Shown here piece by piece: positions 60,572-64,000 of a stretch of 64,000 nucleotides of DNA. Numbering within the stretch: the first letter of the stretch is position 1; every line of letters begins with the position of its first letter. The DNA lies in the NCBI GenBank assembly GCA_963709345.1, contig CAVPVX010000010.1, forward strand, positions 173,788-237,787, written 5' to 3'. The notes under the pieces are model-generated. The model worked only from the letters and a program-made list of their open reading frames with translations, made no database searches and had not been told where the DNA came from. This DNA is from an uncultured Actinomycetes bacterium. GTDB lineage: Bacteria > Actinomycetota > Thermoleophilia > UBA2241. Position numbers and translations under genes: made by a program.

Positions 60572-61685
60572 GGTGGGCGCCGGACAGACCCCGTCTTCTT
60601 CCCGCCCGTCAGCGCGTCGGTGCACGGGGCGGTCGACCCGTTGGCGCTGCGCGCCGAAGGCGTCGACCCCGCCGCCATCATCGACTTCAGCTCCAACCAG
60701 TCGCCGCTCGGCGCCGCGCCGGGCGTGGCCGCCGCCGTGGCCGGCGCCGTCGTCGACGCCTATCCGGACCCGCACGCGACGGATCTCACCGTGGCGCTCG
60801 CTGCGCGTCACAACGTCGACCCGGCGCAGGTGGTCTGCGGCAACGGCAGCACCGAGCTGATCCGGCTGATCGCGCAGCTTGCGCTCGGACCCGGCGACGC
60901 GGCGCTCGCGCTGGCGCCCGTCTTCGGGGAGTGCGAGGTCGCCACCGCGTTGACGGGAGCCCGGTTCGAGCGCGTGCGGCTCGCGCACGGGGGTCCCGGC
61001 GCCGGCTTCGCGCGCCGACGAAGCCGCTCTTCGTGACGCCCTCGCCCGCCTGCGCCCGCGACTGTGCTGGCTGTGCTCCCCGAACAACCCGACCGGGGCG
61101 GCGCTGCCCGCGGCGCTGACCGCCGCTGTCGCCGCTGACCACCCGGGCACGCTGTTCGTCCTCGACGAGGCCTACTGCGACCTGCTGGCGACGCCGCAGT
61201 GGGAGCGGGCGTCGCTGGCCGGCGGCAATCTGCTCGTGCTCCACTCGATGACCAAGTACTGGGGCCTCGCCGGCCTGCGCCTGGGCTACGCCGTGGCCGC
61301 TCCCGCCGGGGGCCGCGGCGCTGCGCGCCGCGGCCCCACCGTGGAGCGTCAATGCGTGCGCCCAGGCTGCCGGGCTCGCGGCGCTCGCCGACCTCGAGCA
61401 CCATCGCCGTTCGGTCGCGCTGCTCATCGACGAGCGCATCAGGCTGGCCGCCGGATTGTGCGCGCGCGGGTGGGTCGTCGAGCCGTCCACCGCCGGTTTC
61501 TTCCTCATCCACGCAGGCGATGCGCCTGCGGTCCGCGGCTGTCTGCTCGGCCGGGCTGCCTCGTTCGCGACTGCACCTCGTTCGGACTTCCCGAGCACGT
61601 GCGCGTGAGCCCGCGGCACCCGGAGCAGAACGATCGCCTGCTGGAGGCGTTCGCCGCGCTGGAGCCGCCGGAGGCCGCGCTGTGA
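60572..61685 (+). pseudogene. cobD: Threonine-phosphate decarboxylase (PLP), multiply frameshifted
   Basis: [60 protein letters not shown]; start approximate. Confidence 0.8.
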
Positions 61686-62236
61686 ACGCGGACCCCGCGC
61701 CCGTGAGCCCGGCTGCCACATCCGCGAGCGCGACCGTGCCGCGAGTCGTGGCGGGGGCGCCGTGGAGCGGTGAGGGTAAGACGACGGTGGCGCTCGGGCT
61801 CATGGCGGCGCTGAGGAGCCGCGGCCTTCGCGTGCAGGGCTACAAGGTCGGAACGGACCGCCTCGACACCGGTTACCAGCGGCATACGGCGAGTCCTCCC
61901 GGCCGCAACCTCGACCGGTTCATGATGGGCGAGTCCGCCGTGTGCGCGGCATCGGCCGGCGACGCCGCGGATGTGGCCGTCGCCGAGGGCGTCATGGGCC
62001 AGTTCGACGGGCACCGGGACGGCATGACTCCCACGAGCACCGCCGACGTGATGAGCGACGCGGCCGTGCTGCACGCGAGCGGCCTGCGGGTACCGTGGGT
62101 GCTCGACCTCGACGCTCGTCTGCAGGCTGCTGAAGTGCTGGGCCCGGCGGCCACGCCCCGGCGTTCTCGCGCCGACCTCCTCGAGGCGCTGGAGGCTCTG
62201 CGGCAGGCGGGCTCCCACCCCGAGGCTCAGTGCTGA
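61682..62236 (+). pseudogene. cbiA: Truncated cobyrinate a,c-diamide synthase
   Basis: SGEGKTTV..GLM, YKVG.D.LD, RNLD, EGVMG.FDG, STAD; the glutaminase half is absent. Confidence 0.75.
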
Positions 62237-62269
62237 TAGGCTCCCGCTGTCGTCGGCCGGGAGCCAGCC

Positions 62270-62881
62270 ATGAAGTATCTCGACCTCTTCTCGCAGAACC
62301 GGGCCTGGGCGGGCGAGTGCGTCGCGCTCCGACCCCGAGTACTTCAGACGGCTCACCGACCTGCAGCGCCCCTCTGACCTGCTCTGGATCGGCTGCTCCG
62401 ACAGCCGGGTTCCGGCCAACGAGATCGTCGGCCTGGCGCCCGGCGAGCTCTTCGTCCACCGCAACGTGGCCAACGTCGTACCGGTCACCGACCTGAACGC
62501 GATGGCGGTGATCGAGTACGCCGTGACTTCCCTCGGTGTGCGCCACATCGTCGTCTGCGGCCACTATCGCTGCGGCGGGGTGCGCGCGGCCCTCGAGGGG
62601 CACCAGGCCGGCGCAGTCGCGCTGTGGCTGCAGCCGCTGCGCCTGCTCGCCGCCGAGCGCCGCGAGGAGCTCGACGCGCTCCCCGACCTCGAGTCGCGCT
62701 GGGACCGACTCTGCGAGCTCAGCGTCGGCGCGCAGGTGCACGCAGTGGCCTCCTCCGAGGTCGTCGAGGCGGCGTGGAGCGCGGTGCTCCACTGGCCGTC
62801 CACGGCTGGATCTACGATCTCAAGGACGGTCTGCTCCGCGACCTCGAGGTCACGGTCGGGAGCATCTCCGCGGCCGGCTGA
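62270..62881 (+). pseudogene. can: Beta-class carbonic anhydrase, frameshifted
   Basis: N..WA, WIGCSDSRVP, PGELFVHRNVAN, CGHYRCGGV, VHGWIYDLKDG spread over different frames. Confidence 0.85.
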
Positions 62882-62969
62882 GGCAGCCGGCTCGGCCGGC
62901 GCTTCAGGCTGACGGTGTCGGGCCCGTCCGGAAGGGCGGTTTCGCGCGACAGAGTGCAGGGGGTGCATC

Positions 62970-63317
62970 ATGAAGAACGGCGAGTGTCCCAGGTGCGGAT
63001 CGCACGAGATCTCTGCGTCGACGACCGGTCCAGGCAGCTGCCCCGAGGACTGGCGGTGGAACGTCGCCCCCGCGCACAGCGCCAGCATCAGCCTCGATGA
63101 TCAGACCCTGCTCTGCGCCGCGTGCGGCTGCTCGGAGAGCTACCTGAGGAATCCCGAGGTCGTCGCAGACATCGTCGCCCATGATGGAGGCAGCAACTGG
63201 GTTCAGCCCGGCCCGGCTCGTTCGTCCCGGGTGATTGACCGCTGGCGCCTCGGATCCGACCTCGCGACGTTTCCGCGGCCGCGCCGGGTGGAGATACTGG
63301 CTTCGAGCCAATCGTGA
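62970..63317 (+). CDS. Small zinc-ribbon hypothetical protein
   Basis: MKNGECPRCGS...CAACG.SESY; RBS-like GGGGG; the C-terminal tail may be read-through. Confidence 0.55.
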   Translation: MKNGECPRCGSHEISASTTGPGSCPEDWRWNVAPAHSASISLDDQTLLCAACGCSESYLRNPEVVADIVAHDGGSNWVQPGPARSSRVIDRWRLGSDLATFPRPRRVEILASSQS

Positions 63318-63337
63318 ATCAGTGAGCGGGGGTCGCC

Positions 63338-64000
63338 ATGAAGAAGTCTGACCGCAACGCGATCGTCGCGTTCCCGGTGGTCGTGCTGATCGGGGCCGGC
63401 GTCGCCTTGGCCGGCAGTCTAGGCGGCGCGTCTGCTTGGGGCATCCCGGTCTTCGCCCTCGCCGTCGGCTTGGCATTCGTCATCCAGTGGCTCGCCTTCA
63501 TCCCGGCGTACCTTGGGCAGAGCGAGCGCTTCTTCGACCTCACCGGCAGCCTCACGTACATCACCGTCGCGGTCGCGGCGGTCCTGCTCGGGCCCCCGGT
63601 CGACGGGAGATCGATCCTGCTGCTGGCGCTGGTCTTGATCTGGGCGGCGCGCCTCGGCACATTCCTGGTCCGCCGCATCCGCAAAGCCGGCAAGGATGCT
63701 CGCTTCGACGCCATCAAGCCCTCCTTCATCCGCTTCCTCAACGTCTGGACGCTGCAGGGTCTCTGGGTGACGCTGACGCTCGCCGCGGCTCTGGCTGCGA
63801 TCACGACGACGGCGCGCAAGGAGTTGGACGTCGTCGCCGTCACCGGGAGCACTTGTCTGGGCGGCCGGCTTTGCCCTGGAGGCCGTTGCGGACCTCCAGA
63901 AGAACCGCTTCCGTGCCGACCCGGCGAACAGAGGCGGGTTCATCCACACAGGTCTCTGGTCCTGGCTCCCGCCACCCGAACTACTTCGGCGAGATCGTGC
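63338..64000 (+). CDS. DUF1295 / steroid 5-alpha-reductase family membrane protein (partial, indel near 63850)
   Basis: SERFFDLTGSLTY, WAARLG.FL..RI...GKD.RFD, W.LQGLWV, AD.QK..F, GLWS..HPNYFGE. Confidence 0.85.
   Translation, partial: MKKSDRNAIVAFPVVVLIGAGVALAGSLGGASAWGIPVFALAVGLAFVIQWLAFIPAYLGQSERFFDLTGSLTYITVAVAAVLLGPPVDGRSILLLALVLIWAARLGTFLVRRIRKAGKDARFDAIKPSFIRFLNVWTLQGLWVTLTLAAALAAITTTARKELDVVAVTGSTCLGGRLCPGGRCGPPEEPLPCRPGEQRRVHPHRSLVLAPATRTTSARSC

Overview
High-GC, gene-dense bacterial DNA. Gene content, codon style and many apparently leaderless TAnnnT promoters suggest an anaerobic actinobacterium, possibly Thermoleophilia-like (inference). From left to right: small gene remnants; a glycosyltransferase / radical-SAM / sulfur-carrier locus next to nadA; a sensor kinase; a seven-gene heterodisulfide-reductase (Hdr/MvhD) operon; hemE-hemH-hemG(Y); envelope enzymes; a broken Clp-like AAA+ gene with hicBA; rlmKL; recQ; a ferredoxin plus a non-canonical CO-dehydrogenase (CooS) behind an FNR-type box; a 2-oxoacid:ferredoxin oxidoreductase; a Crp/Fnr regulator; and two cobalamin riboswitches ahead of a frameshifted cobinamide-salvage operon. 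Best candidates for new biology: (1) a DUF2064(TIGR04282)-radical SAM/SPASM fusion whose UGA stop is followed by a bacterial SECIS-like hairpin, predicting a C-terminal Cys-Ile-Sec-Gly-Tyr selenoprotein encoded with a MoaD-like sulfur carrier, DoxX and two glycosyltransferases; (2) an FNR-box/FrdX-like/CooS-V-like unit that mimics the HcpR-frdX-hcp nitrosative-stress module; (3) a hydrogenase-free double-HdrA complex with methanogen-like HdrB/HdrC. Many indels (mostly 28-30 kb and 54-64 kb) may be assembly errors. All family calls come from motif recognition, not database searches.
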